From: an uncultured archaeon
GTDB lineage: Archaea > Thermoplasmatota > Penumbrarchaeia > JASLWR01
Direction of reading: 5' to 3'
NCBI GenBank assembly: GCA_964342815.1
Contig: CAYFHS010000004.1
Coordinates: 81,338 to 145,337 of the forward strand
DNA length: 64,000 nucleotides
Numbering within the stretch: the first letter of the stretch is position 1; each line of letters begins with the position of its first letter. Positions 10,317 to 18,712 of this stretch are shown here, in pieces. A program made the translations under genes and the position numbers. A model generated the notes under the pieces. The model worked only from the letters and a program-made list of their open reading frames with translations, was not told the DNA's origin and did not search any database.

Positions 10317-11168
10317 TTAAAGTTCGTTAGCAAGTTCCACGATGCGCTTTCGACCATCCTTTCCGACCTTGGCTTTCAACTCCGCGGTTATGGCTTTGAC
10401 GGCCCTTTGGTCCGGGGAATCATCAAAAAGATGGGTGAATTTCGTAACGGCACGAGTCAGTTCGTCCTTTCCAGTGATCTTTTTTTGTTCGGTCGATTCC
10501 ACCCGTGCGGGTCGAATTTTCTCGTACCAGAGCGGTTTATTCCGTCTAATGTACCATAAGGGAAGTTTCCCCGTAATGAACGTGGCCTTCAGTCTGATCG
10601 TATCATGATTCCTGATCATCATCAGGAATTGGAAAAGAACCACCATGACGGTCAATCCACCGGGAATAACATGGACCAGTGCCAGAGAATGTCCCAGTAT
10701 TTCGAAGTAATAGAGGATACCGGTGATCATTGCCAATCCCAGGATATAGACAAGACAAATGTAAGTGATCCTTTGTCTCCCGTTGAATTTCCCCTGTGTT
10801 CCGCGTTCCTCCCTGCGTGAAATACCTATGAGATACATACCCGAATGAAGGAATGATTTGAAATCCCTCATTGTGTTAACCGGGAGAAGGGCCCTATCCT
10901 TTGATCTCAAATGAATTATTATATGTATTAAAGAGATCACACCCAGCGCCGCCCCCGACCATAAATGGATTGTTTTTGATCCGGGGGGAGTTGGAATGTA
11001 CACGTCCCCGTAAACACCAAAGCTCAAATACAGCCAGTCTCTAAGTAGAAATAATCCCGAGATAGTGACGATCGCGATAGAAAGGGTAAATAACCAGATT
11101 TCCAATACTGCCATGGGGGAATATTGCGTTATTAGATCGTTACCATGCATCGCTTTCTCTTTTTTCAA
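10317..11168 (-). CDS. Cytochrome b subunit (FdnI/HydC, Ni_hydr_CYTB-like) with a cytoplasmic C-terminal extension
   Basis: Four TM segments, TIHLWSG, KFNGRQR (G-K-F-N-x-G-Q-like loop) and LVHVI. TTG start preceded by GAGGGA. Confidence 0.8.
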   Translation of the reverse strand: MKKEKAMHGNDLITQYSPMAVLEIWLFTLSIAIVTISGLFLLRDWLYLSFGVYGDVYIPTPPGSKTIHLWSGAALGVISLIHIIIHLRSKDRALLPVNTMRDFKSFLHSGMYLIGISRREERGTQGKFNGRQRITYICLVYILGLAMITGILYYFEILGHSLALVHVIPGGLTVMVVLFQFLMMIRNHDTIRLKATFITGKLPLWYIRRNKPLWYEKIRPARVESTEQKKITGKDELTRAVTKFTHLFDDSPDQRAVKAITAELKAKVGKDGRKRIVELANEL

Positions 11169-11189
11169 ATCGATTCCCTCTTTATTGGC

Positions 11190-12578
11190 CTATGGTTTAT
11201 AATGTATTGTCCCTGTATCATGACAGTTCTTGCAGTCCTTTGTTGGATCGTGAGAACTGGGAATTACAGGATCTACCGCATCATGGCAGATTCTGCACTC
11301 GTCGAAATCCACCATTAGCTCATGGTCCCCGTGACAATCCGTACAATCCCTTCTGCTGTGATTCCCGAGAGCCAGTCTTTCTGTCTGAGCTTCATGGCAG
11401 CTGCCGCAGAAGTCGTTTTCTATATCCGTTTCGTTAATAAACGATACCGAACTTTTCGTACGATAATGTATATTCACTTCAGGGTAACCGATATGACAAC
11501 TGGCGCAATCATTAAATGGAGTCGTTATCTTGTGAGGCGGAACTATCGAATCGCTGCCGTGGTCTGCATGGCAGTTGAAGCACCCGTCATCGCCGTATAT
11601 CTCCTTTGAAGCGGGGGAAATTACTGCTTTGGTGAAATTTGTATATTCATCCTCATGGCAGCTGGAACAGAAATCTTCCTCAATGAAAGAAATATTGGTG
11701 AACGATACTTCTCTCCAATCATGTAATGACTTTTCTAAATTGTCCCCGTGACAGGAGTCGCAATCATCATATGGTGATGTTGATGTGTGAGGTGGCTTCG
11801 CTGCTGTTAACCTGTGCTCGGAATGGCATTTCGTGCATCCCTCATCCCCGTAGGATTCTTTGGAAGCAGGTGTAAAATTGGAGTTATATGCTAAAACTTC
11901 GCTGTCGTGGCAGTCCGAGCAGAAATCTGGGTCCAACAGTGCCGTATTGTTGGAAAATGGAATATTTGCTTTCTCGGGGTGAACCCGGTCATGACAGCTC
12001 ATGCAGTCTTCATCGGTTGTAATCCCATGTTCATCCAGTTTTGCTGAAAAATCTACTAGCTCGAGACCGTGACAGACCAGACACGCCTCTTGGGTAAGTC
12101 CGATTCCTCCGGTATGGGACGTATGACAGTCGACACATTCCTTTTCATCGGTATGAGGATCCGCGAAAATACCGGTTGGCGTTGTCACATTCCTAGGAAC
12201 AATTGCCGTCTTTCCATTGATAATTACGGTTCCGTCATGACATTTGAGACAGGCTTCACGCGAACCGTATTCACCCAGGTGATCGGTATCATACGTACCG
12301 GTGACGAATATAAAGACTTCCTTTTGACCCGCTGCGAGACCTCCCGCCGTACCCGCAATTCCAGGCTCGTTATGACAATTCGAACAGCTTATCTCGTTTT
12401 CCGAATGTGCCGCCATGAATGTGTTGTTAACGGGATTCTCGTAAGATTCGTAATAAGGCTCCATCACATGGCAGAGCTCCCCGCAAAACTCGGGGCTTTC
12501 GATTAATTCGAATGCAGCAGCTCCGGCTATAAAGACAAGCGCCAGGCCGATGAACATGAGAAAACCGGAAAACAGCAT
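11190..12578 (-). CDS. Membrane-anchored multiheme cytochrome c, NapC/NirT-like N-terminus, 15 CxxCH + 1 CxxxCH
   Basis: Motifs counted in the translation: CGELCH, CSNCH, CLKCH, CVDCH, CLVCH, CMSCH, CSDCH, CTKCH, CDSCH, CSSCH, CFNCH, CASCH, CGSCH, CTDCH, CRICH, CKNCH. N-terminal TM helix. A possible 38-codon extension to ATG 12692 is interrupted by TAG. Confidence 0.93.
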   Translation of the reverse strand: MLFSGFLMFIGLALVFIAGAAAFELIESPEFCGELCHVMEPYYESYENPVNNTFMAAHSENEISCSNCHNEPGIAGTAGGLAAGQKEVFIFVTGTYDTDHLGEYGSREACLKCHDGTVIINGKTAIVPRNVTTPTGIFADPHTDEKECVDCHTSHTGGIGLTQEACLVCHGLELVDFSAKLDEHGITTDEDCMSCHDRVHPEKANIPFSNNTALLDPDFCSDCHDSEVLAYNSNFTPASKESYGDEGCTKCHSEHRLTAAKPPHTSTSPYDDCDSCHGDNLEKSLHDWREVSFTNISFIEEDFCSSCHEDEYTNFTKAVISPASKEIYGDDGCFNCHADHGSDSIVPPHKITTPFNDCASCHIGYPEVNIHYRTKSSVSFINETDIENDFCGSCHEAQTERLALGNHSRRDCTDCHGDHELMVDFDECRICHDAVDPVIPSSHDPTKDCKNCHDTGTIHYKP

Positions 12579-12783
12579 GCGGGAATCCCCTTTTTCCTGT
12601 TGATGGGATAATTTGCGGAATGAGATGAAAAGGAGTATCGCCTACACGAGACCGATGGTGATCAAAAAAATTGTTGAGTTGCATAATTCCATTCTTTTAC
12701 CCTCTTAAAAACGCCTGAATCGACTGCATCCATTGGAATAAATTTAACTTATTTAAGGATTGCCATAATATATTGAATAGGGA

Positions 12784-12797
12784 TTAACGATTGTTCA
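12784..12797. promoter_or_regulatory. Candidate transcription factor site TTAACGATTGTTCA (TTAACANNTGTTAA family)
   Basis: Lies upstream of the cytochrome operon and resembles palindromes at 12985, 14827, 27964 and 52433. Confidence 0.3.
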
Positions 12798-13057
12798 AAT
12801 ACGGCGAAAAACTACTCGGATGGCGAAACCGTCAAATTCAACCTGATAACGAAAAATGAATATAGAATTTTTTTCAGATAATGATGAATTCAAGCCAGGA
12901 TGAAATGTGCAATCCCGATCTTCACAAAATGCGAACAACCGCTGAAATTATTCAAGAATATCCAAAATTCATAATGAACAACCGTAAACATATGTTAATT
13001 TTTTACCGAAATACATATAAGACCTAAATCAATTTCGGTCTTCCGAGAGGTGAGCTC

Positions 13058-13483
13058 ATGAAAATTGGCAAATATGACTTTCCAGACGATCTGTACTATC
13101 ACAAGGAACACACCTGGGTAAAGGTAGAAGATGACCTTGTCCTTGTCGGTTTTACCGATTTCGCACAGAAATTGGCCGGAACAATCAAAAGAGTTGTGAC
13201 ATTGGAAGAAGAGGATGAGGTCAGCCAGGGAAAACCATTCGGCACCGTGAGCAGCGGTAAATGGACCGGAAAATTATATTCCCCCGTAAGTGGTGAGATC
13301 GAAGAGGTTAATGAAGACGTGGAAGACGAACCCGAATTGATCAATGATGATCCCTTTGGTGAGGGGTGGATCGTAAAGGTTTCACCCAGCGACCTCGATG
13401 CCGAACTTGGTAATTTGCTGAAAGCAGGACCAGAGTTAGTGGCACACATTAAAAAAGAGATTGCTGAGAAGGTAAAAAAATAG
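13058..13483 (+). CDS. gcvH: Glycine cleavage H-like lipoyl-carrier protein
   Basis: YYHKEHTWVKVE, GFTDFAQ, lipoyl-Lys context TVSSGKWTGKLYSPVSG, INDDPFGEGWIVKV. No gcvP or gcvT nearby. Confidence 0.9.
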   Translation: MKIGKYDFPDDLYYHKEHTWVKVEDDLVLVGFTDFAQKLAGTIKRVVTLEEEDEVSQGKPFGTVSSGKWTGKLYSPVSGEIEEVNEDVEDEPELINDDPFGEGWIVKVSPSDLDAELGNLLKAGPELVAHIKKEIAEKVKK

Positions 13484-13500
13484 TCAGGTGGAACAAATCT

Positions 13501-14355
13501 TCACCCGTAGAGATTTTTCCAATCCCTCGACGATGAGTTTGTGTTTTGACTGCGGTTTTGGCTAGGGGCAGTTCTTGATCTTAAGGCAGTCTTTCGTTTT
13601 ATGGTAACCCTTCCGGGACCAACGCCCTTTATGCAGTCCAGACAGCTTTTTACGTCGAGTTTTTCCAACCATAATTTCATCTTTGGGGGCTTCATCATTT
13701 CAAGATAATGATAGTCGCCGCTGGATAGTATATTTATATCTCGATCTTGGAAGAATTTGGCCTTAATTGAATCGATCTTGTCCACGTTCCATATCTCAAC
13801 GGCGTCGATATCCAGATAGGGCGGGATAAATCCTAGCTGCGACACCAGGCTGAAACCCCTGTCGAGATGGGCCGCAACAGCTAATCCCTGAAAATTATGA
13901 ATCATATTCACAAGTTCATCTATTGATATGTCCAAGGGTATGGAAAGCATTATCTCTTCTTCCCCTATCACTGAACCCTGACGGTCTACTTTCAACTGGC
14001 TTCCGAATTGACGGGGATCGTTCTTGATTTTAGTGAATTGGGGTCTTACGGACCTGTAGAAATCATTCAGCGAAATTATATCCGGAAAATAACCCAGCAG
14101 ATGTATTTCCTCTGAACTCTGCAGCTCGATTCCGGGAATAAATAAAACGTTCTTTTCCCTAGCATAAGCCTCGAATGCACTGCAGTTGTGAACTGAATTG
14201 TGGTCGGTGATGGAAAAGACGTCAATATCCAAACTCATTATCTTTTTCACTACCTCGGGAGGTGTCATCCTGTCTTCAGCACAGGGAGAAAGTGCCGAAT
14301 GCATGTGCAGGTCACAGGAGTACGGGACCAACTGAGGAGAACGTCGTTGCATCAT
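13501..14355 (-). CDS. PHP-domain metal-dependent phosphoesterase
   Basis: DLHMHSALSPCA, ITDHNS, PGIEL, EEIHLL, AAHLDR, SGDYH. Confidence 0.9.
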   Translation of the reverse strand: MMQRRSPQLVPYSCDLHMHSALSPCAEDRMTPPEVVKKIMSLDIDVFSITDHNSVHNCSAFEAYAREKNVLFIPGIELQSSEEIHLLGYFPDIISLNDFYRSVRPQFTKIKNDPRQFGSQLKVDRQGSVIGEEEIMLSIPLDISIDELVNMIHNFQGLAVAAHLDRGFSLVSQLGFIPPYLDIDAVEIWNVDKIDSIKAKFFQDRDINILSSGDYHYLEMMKPPKMKLWLEKLDVKSCLDCIKGVGPGRVTIKRKTALRSRTAPSQNRSQNTNSSSRDWKNLYG

Positions 14356-14690
14356 TCAATTCCACATTCCACAAGCTTGCCTGAAAGCTGAAACGCATTT
14401 TCCTGGCTCTTGAAAAGAGCGACATTCTCTTCATCCGCCTTTTCGATCACGTTGTATGGAACGTCATATCCATCGCAGATCACAACGGCCGGGATATTGG
14501 CCATGGATGCAACTCCGATGATGTTCATGTGGCTCTGGATGGTCAACCATATTGTATTAGGTTTCGCTTTTGCCAGAACAACGCTCAACAGGTCGCATGC
14601 ATATCCGTGAGAAACTGGAACGTCCTCATTAATAGATTTCGTATTTATATTTTCAAGTTTCAATTTTGCTATGATCTCCGCTAGAAGCAT
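14352..14690 (-). CDS. DRTGG-domain protein
   Basis: GYACDLLSVVLA, IWLTIQSHMNIIGVA, AVVICDG. Confidence 0.85.
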   Translation of the reverse strand: MLLAEIIAKLKLENINTKSINEDVPVSHGYACDLLSVVLAKAKPNTIWLTIQSHMNIIGVASMANIPAVVICDGYDVPYNVIEKADEENVALFKSQENAFQLSGKLVECGIE

Positions 14691-14835
14691 GGTTACCCTC
14701 CTCTGGGTTATAAATCTCCATTTTCACTCTCCAAACCTTAGTTCATTTGCATTATTTTTTGCTAATATTTTTACTCTTCTCTTAAGCTTAAATTCAGCGA
14801 AATATATATATAATGTGTCGAAATCTTTAACAATT

Positions 14836-15189
14836 GTGAAAATAGAAGATGTCTCAAAATTATTGAATGCGAAGATAATGCATTTACCTGCGGGCTGCAA
14901 TCCGGATATTATTCAAGTAGGAGCATCGGATATGTTGAGTAATGTTCTTTCATATATGACAAAGGATATTCTCCTGGTAACAGCCTTACTGAGCCCTCAG
15001 GTGATTAGAACTGCAGCCCTGATGGATATTCCCGCAATTGTTTTTACCGGAGGCAGATTACCTCACCATATCGTAGAGGAAGCGAAAAATACAAAAGTGG
15101 CAATTCTATCCACTTCCTACTCAACTTATAAAACTTGCGGCTTGCTCTACGTTGCAGGTCTTGGCAGTATTGAAAACGAAATTGCATAA
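14836..15189 (+). CDS. DRTGG-domain protein
   Basis: GASDMLSNVL, LLVTALLSPQVIRTAALMDIPAIVFTGG. Likely GTG start at 14836 (VKIEDVSKLLNAK) just downstream of a TATA-like run; the longer ORF-track start is probably spurious. Confidence 0.85.
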   Translation: MKIEDVSKLLNAKIMHLPAGCNPDIIQVGASDMLSNVLSYMTKDILLVTALLSPQVIRTAALMDIPAIVFTGGRLPHHIVEEAKNTKVAILSTSYSTYKTCGLLYVAGLGSIENEIA

Positions 15190-15199
15190 GAGGTAAGGC

Positions 15200-16153
15200 A
15201 TGTCCTTTAAAAAGTATAAAAAATTGGACCTGAACGGTCTGGATTCACTGCTGATCAGCGGCCAGATAAGGGATTTTATGGCGAAACCCCCCATTACGCT
15301 TCCAAGAACCGCTAAGATGCGAGAGGCAAAAGAACTGATGCGTCAGAACAGGATCTCAGGGATTCCCGTTGTGGATAAGAACGAGTGTCTAAGAGGTATA
15401 ATCTCCATCGAGGACATCATAAATGCTCTTGAGCATGACCAAATTGAGGAAACCGTCGGAAAGCACATGGAGAAGAACGTAGAATGGCTTCTCGATGACA
15501 CGGATGTTCCCACGGCCATGCAGTTCTTTACAAAATACGATTACGGCCGATATCCTGTCATAAACCGGGATATAAAGGTGGTGGGCGTAGTAACCCAGGG
15601 AGACCTTATCAATTACATTTACAGACGTATCGGAGGCATATACCTTCACAACAAGATACGGGATGAAAAACTTCACCATCGTAAACGGATTAAAAGCAAC
15701 GGTCTACAGATCCGTAATAAATCTTTTACATATAGTATCGATCTCCCGGACCTTGATCTGGCAGGTGAAGGTTCCACTCTCTTCAAAAGGTTTCTCAATG
15801 ATAACGGATTCCCAGACGATGCGACTCGACGCGCCAGCATCGCACTCTATGAGGCGGAAGTAAATGTGGTCATCCATGCAGGTGGAAAAGGCGTGATTAA
15901 GGCATATCTAGATAACAATCAGGTATATATTCTCGTAAAGGATATCGGGCCCGGTATAGACGATATAGAACTGGCAGTGCAGCCGGGCTATACCACAGCA
16001 TCTGACGAAATACGGGAAAGGGGATTCGGCGCCGGTATGGGCCTGGATAACATCAAGAGATTCACTGATAAATTGATAATCCTGTCCAGCAGTTCCGGTG
16101 TGAAGATGGAAATGGTCATTATAGCAAAAACGTCCGATGTAAAAAAAAAGTAA
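15200..16153 (+). CDS. CBS-pair protein fused to an RsbT/SpoIIAB-like (anti-sigma type) Ser/Thr kinase domain
   Basis: CBS motifs (ISGIPVVD, GRYPVI) followed by YEAEVNVVIHAGG, DIGPGI, GYTTAS and GFGAGMGL. Confidence 0.88.
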   Translation: MSFKKYKKLDLNGLDSLLISGQIRDFMAKPPITLPRTAKMREAKELMRQNRISGIPVVDKNECLRGIISIEDIINALEHDQIEETVGKHMEKNVEWLLDDTDVPTAMQFFTKYDYGRYPVINRDIKVVGVVTQGDLINYIYRRIGGIYLHNKIRDEKLHHRKRIKSNGLQIRNKSFTYSIDLPDLDLAGEGSTLFKRFLNDNGFPDDATRRASIALYEAEVNVVIHAGGKGVIKAYLDNNQVYILVKDIGPGIDDIELAVQPGYTTASDEIRERGFGAGMGLDNIKRFTDKLIILSSSSGVKMEMVIIAKTSDVKKK

Positions 16154-16167
16154 ATGTGTGACCGGAC

Positions 16168-16722
16168 ATGAGAACATTGTGCCAGCATATATTCGATCTC
16201 GTCCAGAATTCCATAAGGGCCAAAGCCAGGAGCATAAAGGTTTTGGTTGAGGAGAGAGTTACAGAAAATCTTTTCCGGATCATCATCAAAGACGACGGTC
16301 AAGGACTGACACCTGATCATCTGGCAAGAGTAAAGGATACTTTTTTCACAACCAGGTCCAGAAAGGTGCGAAACGTGGGCCTAGGTATTCCGCTCATGGA
16401 TGCAACATGCCAACGTTCCGGCGGAGAATTGAATATCGACTCCCGGCTACGAAGGGGAACCACGGTCACCGCCACCATGGAATATGATAACATAGATCGA
16501 CCCCCCTTGGGAGATATAATCGACCTATTTGCATCCCTTCTCATCTCCACGGAGGAAAACAGGGTAATATGGACTCTCGAACATATCTACGACGGGAAAA
16601 AATATTTTCTCAAGAATCGCAGTACAGGAGACGAATTGAATATCCTTACGTACGGCGAAGCAGGCGTCAAGGCAAAGCTGTTTAAACTTATCACCGTAAA
16701 GGAAGAGCAGATACACAAATAA
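16168..16722 (+). CDS. Stand-alone histidine-kinase-like ATPase (HATPase_c)
   Basis: DLVQNSIRAKA, DDGQG, FFTTR, VGLGIPL, GTTVTA. Confidence 0.88.
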   Translation: MRTLCQHIFDLVQNSIRAKARSIKVLVEERVTENLFRIIIKDDGQGLTPDHLARVKDTFFTTRSRKVRNVGLGIPLMDATCQRSGGELNIDSRLRRGTTVTATMEYDNIDRPPLGDIIDLFASLLISTEENRVIWTLEHIYDGKKYFLKNRSTGDELNILTYGEAGVKAKLFKLITVKEEQIHK

Positions 16723-16728
16723 TTCATG

Positions 16729-17661
16729 CTAGAACTCGTTTGGCATGTTCTTTATCTCACCGTAGGTGAAGACCGGTCCCTGTTTGCAGATATATGTGTG
16801 TCCGATATTGCACCTTCCGCATTTTCCTATACCGCACTTCATGCGGTTCTCGAGAGTTGTATATATCTGGTCCGGTTTCCAGCCCAGCCGCTCAAGTGCT
16901 TGGGTTATGAACTTGATGGCGATGGGGGGTCCGCAGGTAACCGCAATGGAATTCTCGGGCGGCGGCTCAATGACCTCCACCAGCTGCGGTACGAAACAGG
17001 TGAACTTGTTCGCGGTGCAGGTTTTGGTATCCGTATCCCCCGGGGTCTTCATGTTGGCGGCCATCCACCCCTCGGCGGCACTGGCTTCCACGGGCCCCTG
17101 CGGTCCGAACTTCCAGTCTATGCAGCGCCACAGCTCCAGATCTTCACGACGATCGTATTCCTCGAACTCCTCCTTGAAGGCGAAGTCGGCAGGGGTCCTG
17201 GCTCCGTAGATCAGCGTGACGTCCCCGTATTCCTTTCGGTTCTCGAGGCAAAGCACGTACTGGTAGACCGAGCGTACCGGGGATATGCCGATACCGGCAC
17301 CTATGAACACGACGTTTTTACCTTTCCAATCCTCCACGGGAAAAGAATTTCCGTAGGGACCGCGCACGCCCACCTTGTCTCCCAGCTTCAGCTCGTGCAG
17401 ACGCGCCGTTACATTTCCAACCCGCATCACCGAGAACTGCAGGATACCGTCCTCGTTGGGCAGTGAATTGATTGCAAACACGCTCTCACCCACCCCAAGT
17501 ACGCTGACGATGGTGAATTGGCCCGGTTTGTGAAGGAACTTCCTTCGTGAATCCGGATCGTCTACCTGAACGGTAAAGGTCTTGATGGGACGGCCGCCGC
17601 CGGCTTCCAGACAGATCTCCTGTACCGTGGCGATGTGTGGTTTGTATACGTTGTCAGACAT
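16729..17661 (-). CDS. flxA: FlxA/AsrB-like FAD/NAD(P)H oxidoreductase with a [2Fe-2S] cluster
   Basis: PGQF, GPYGN, GAGIGISP, CGPPIAI, MKCGIGKCGRCNIG, CKQGPVF. Confidence 0.85.
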   Translation of the reverse strand: MSDNVYKPHIATVQEICLEAGGGRPIKTFTVQVDDPDSRRKFLHKPGQFTIVSVLGVGESVFAINSLPNEDGILQFSVMRVGNVTARLHELKLGDKVGVRGPYGNSFPVEDWKGKNVVFIGAGIGISPVRSVYQYVLCLENRKEYGDVTLIYGARTPADFAFKEEFEEYDRREDLELWRCIDWKFGPQGPVEASAAEGWMAANMKTPGDTDTKTCTANKFTCFVPQLVEVIEPPPENSIAVTCGPPIAIKFITQALERLGWKPDQIYTTLENRMKCGIGKCGRCNIGHTYICKQGPVFTYGEIKNMPNEF

Positions 17662-18700
17662 TGAGAGCCACCTCCTTTGCGCTTTCCGCTACATCTTTCG
17701 CGCCTTCCGCCACTTCAATGATATCTATGTTCACCGGGCACTTGTTTATGCATCTTCCGCAGCCCACGCATGTGGTCATATCGAAGTTCCTGACCGTATA
17801 AAGAAGCTTGTGGTATACCCGGTTCCTCTGCCGGTGTTTCTTGGCCGGCCGCGGGTTGTGTCCGGAGGCGTGCAACGTATAATAGGGATACTGGCACGAG
17901 TCCCATGTTCGCTCCCTTCGCCCCTTTCCCATTGTGATGATGTCGTTTATATCGAAACAGTGACAGGTGGGGCACAGCAGGGTGCAGGTACCGCATCCCA
18001 GGCACCGCTTGGAGAAACCTTCCCAGTACTGACTGTCGAAGGTGGCCTCCAGCGCTTCGGGAAGGCCTACGATATCGAGGGACCGGGCCACGGCGGCCTC
18101 AGCCGCTTCGTGTTTTTCCTTGGCGGCCTTCGTATTCGCGGGGGCGGCATCCTCAAAAAGGTCACCGCCTGCCGACAGGATACCATCGCCTTTCTCGCCA
18201 GTGGATTCCACCAGATATCGGTCCCCGATATCGGTCCAGAGCATGTCCGCTCCCTCGCCAGATGCGGGTCCTCCTCCCATTGATATGCAGAAACAGTTCT
18301 TCTGCGGCACGTCGCAGCCCAGAGCGATTATTGTGGCCCGTTCCCGGCGCTTTCTATAGTATGGGTCGATATAATCCCATCCGAACAGCGTGTCAAGGTA
18401 TATCATGGCCTTGGCGTCGCAGGGTCTGACCCCGAAGAGGAGGATGGGTTTTTCGGACAGTTCCGGTTCCCGGTAATCCACAAATTTGTTTCCATCCGGG
18501 ACGAAATCGAACATTGTCTCGGTCTGGGGGAAGAAAACCTCCTTGGGAGGCTTGTCGGAATTACCGAAATCAGTGAGGGGAATTTCATCTATACGTCTGT
18601 AGAACATCTTGTCCCCGTCGGCCACGGGACCGTATATTTCGTGATCGGAAAGTTTCCCGAAAAGGCCGCCGAGATTTTCCTTGAGTATTGTCTTTGCCAT
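17654..18700 (-). CDS. flxB: FlxB/AsrA-like 4Fe-4S dicluster protein
   Basis: GVRPCD, CFCISMG, CLGCGTCTLLCPTCHCF, WDSC, CVGCGRCINKCPV. Confidence 0.82.
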   Translation of the reverse strand: MAKTILKENLGGLFGKLSDHEIYGPVADGDKMFYRRIDEIPLTDFGNSDKPPKEVFFPQTETMFDFVPDGNKFVDYREPELSEKPILLFGVRPCDAKAMIYLDTLFGWDYIDPYYRKRRERATIIALGCDVPQKNCFCISMGGGPASGEGADMLWTDIGDRYLVESTGEKGDGILSAGGDLFEDAAPANTKAAKEKHEAAEAAVARSLDIVGLPEALEATFDSQYWEGFSKRCLGCGTCTLLCPTCHCFDINDIITMGKGRRERTWDSCQYPYYTLHASGHNPRPAKKHRQRNRVYHKLLYTVRNFDMTTCVGCGRCINKCPVNIDIIEVAEGAKDVAESAKEVALNV

Positions 18701-18712
18701 ATTTTCGACCTC

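Noticed and set aside
11169-11192. Readthrough fusion of the multiheme cytochrome to cytochrome b (its TAG stop is in frame, 8 codons before the next start), giving a CbcL-like protein
   Set aside because: Cytochrome b has its own RBS (GAGGGA) and TTG start. Direct fusion would put an outside heme domain on an N-terminus that is cytoplasmic in FdnI-type proteins, and an in-frame stop has a 1-in-3 chance.
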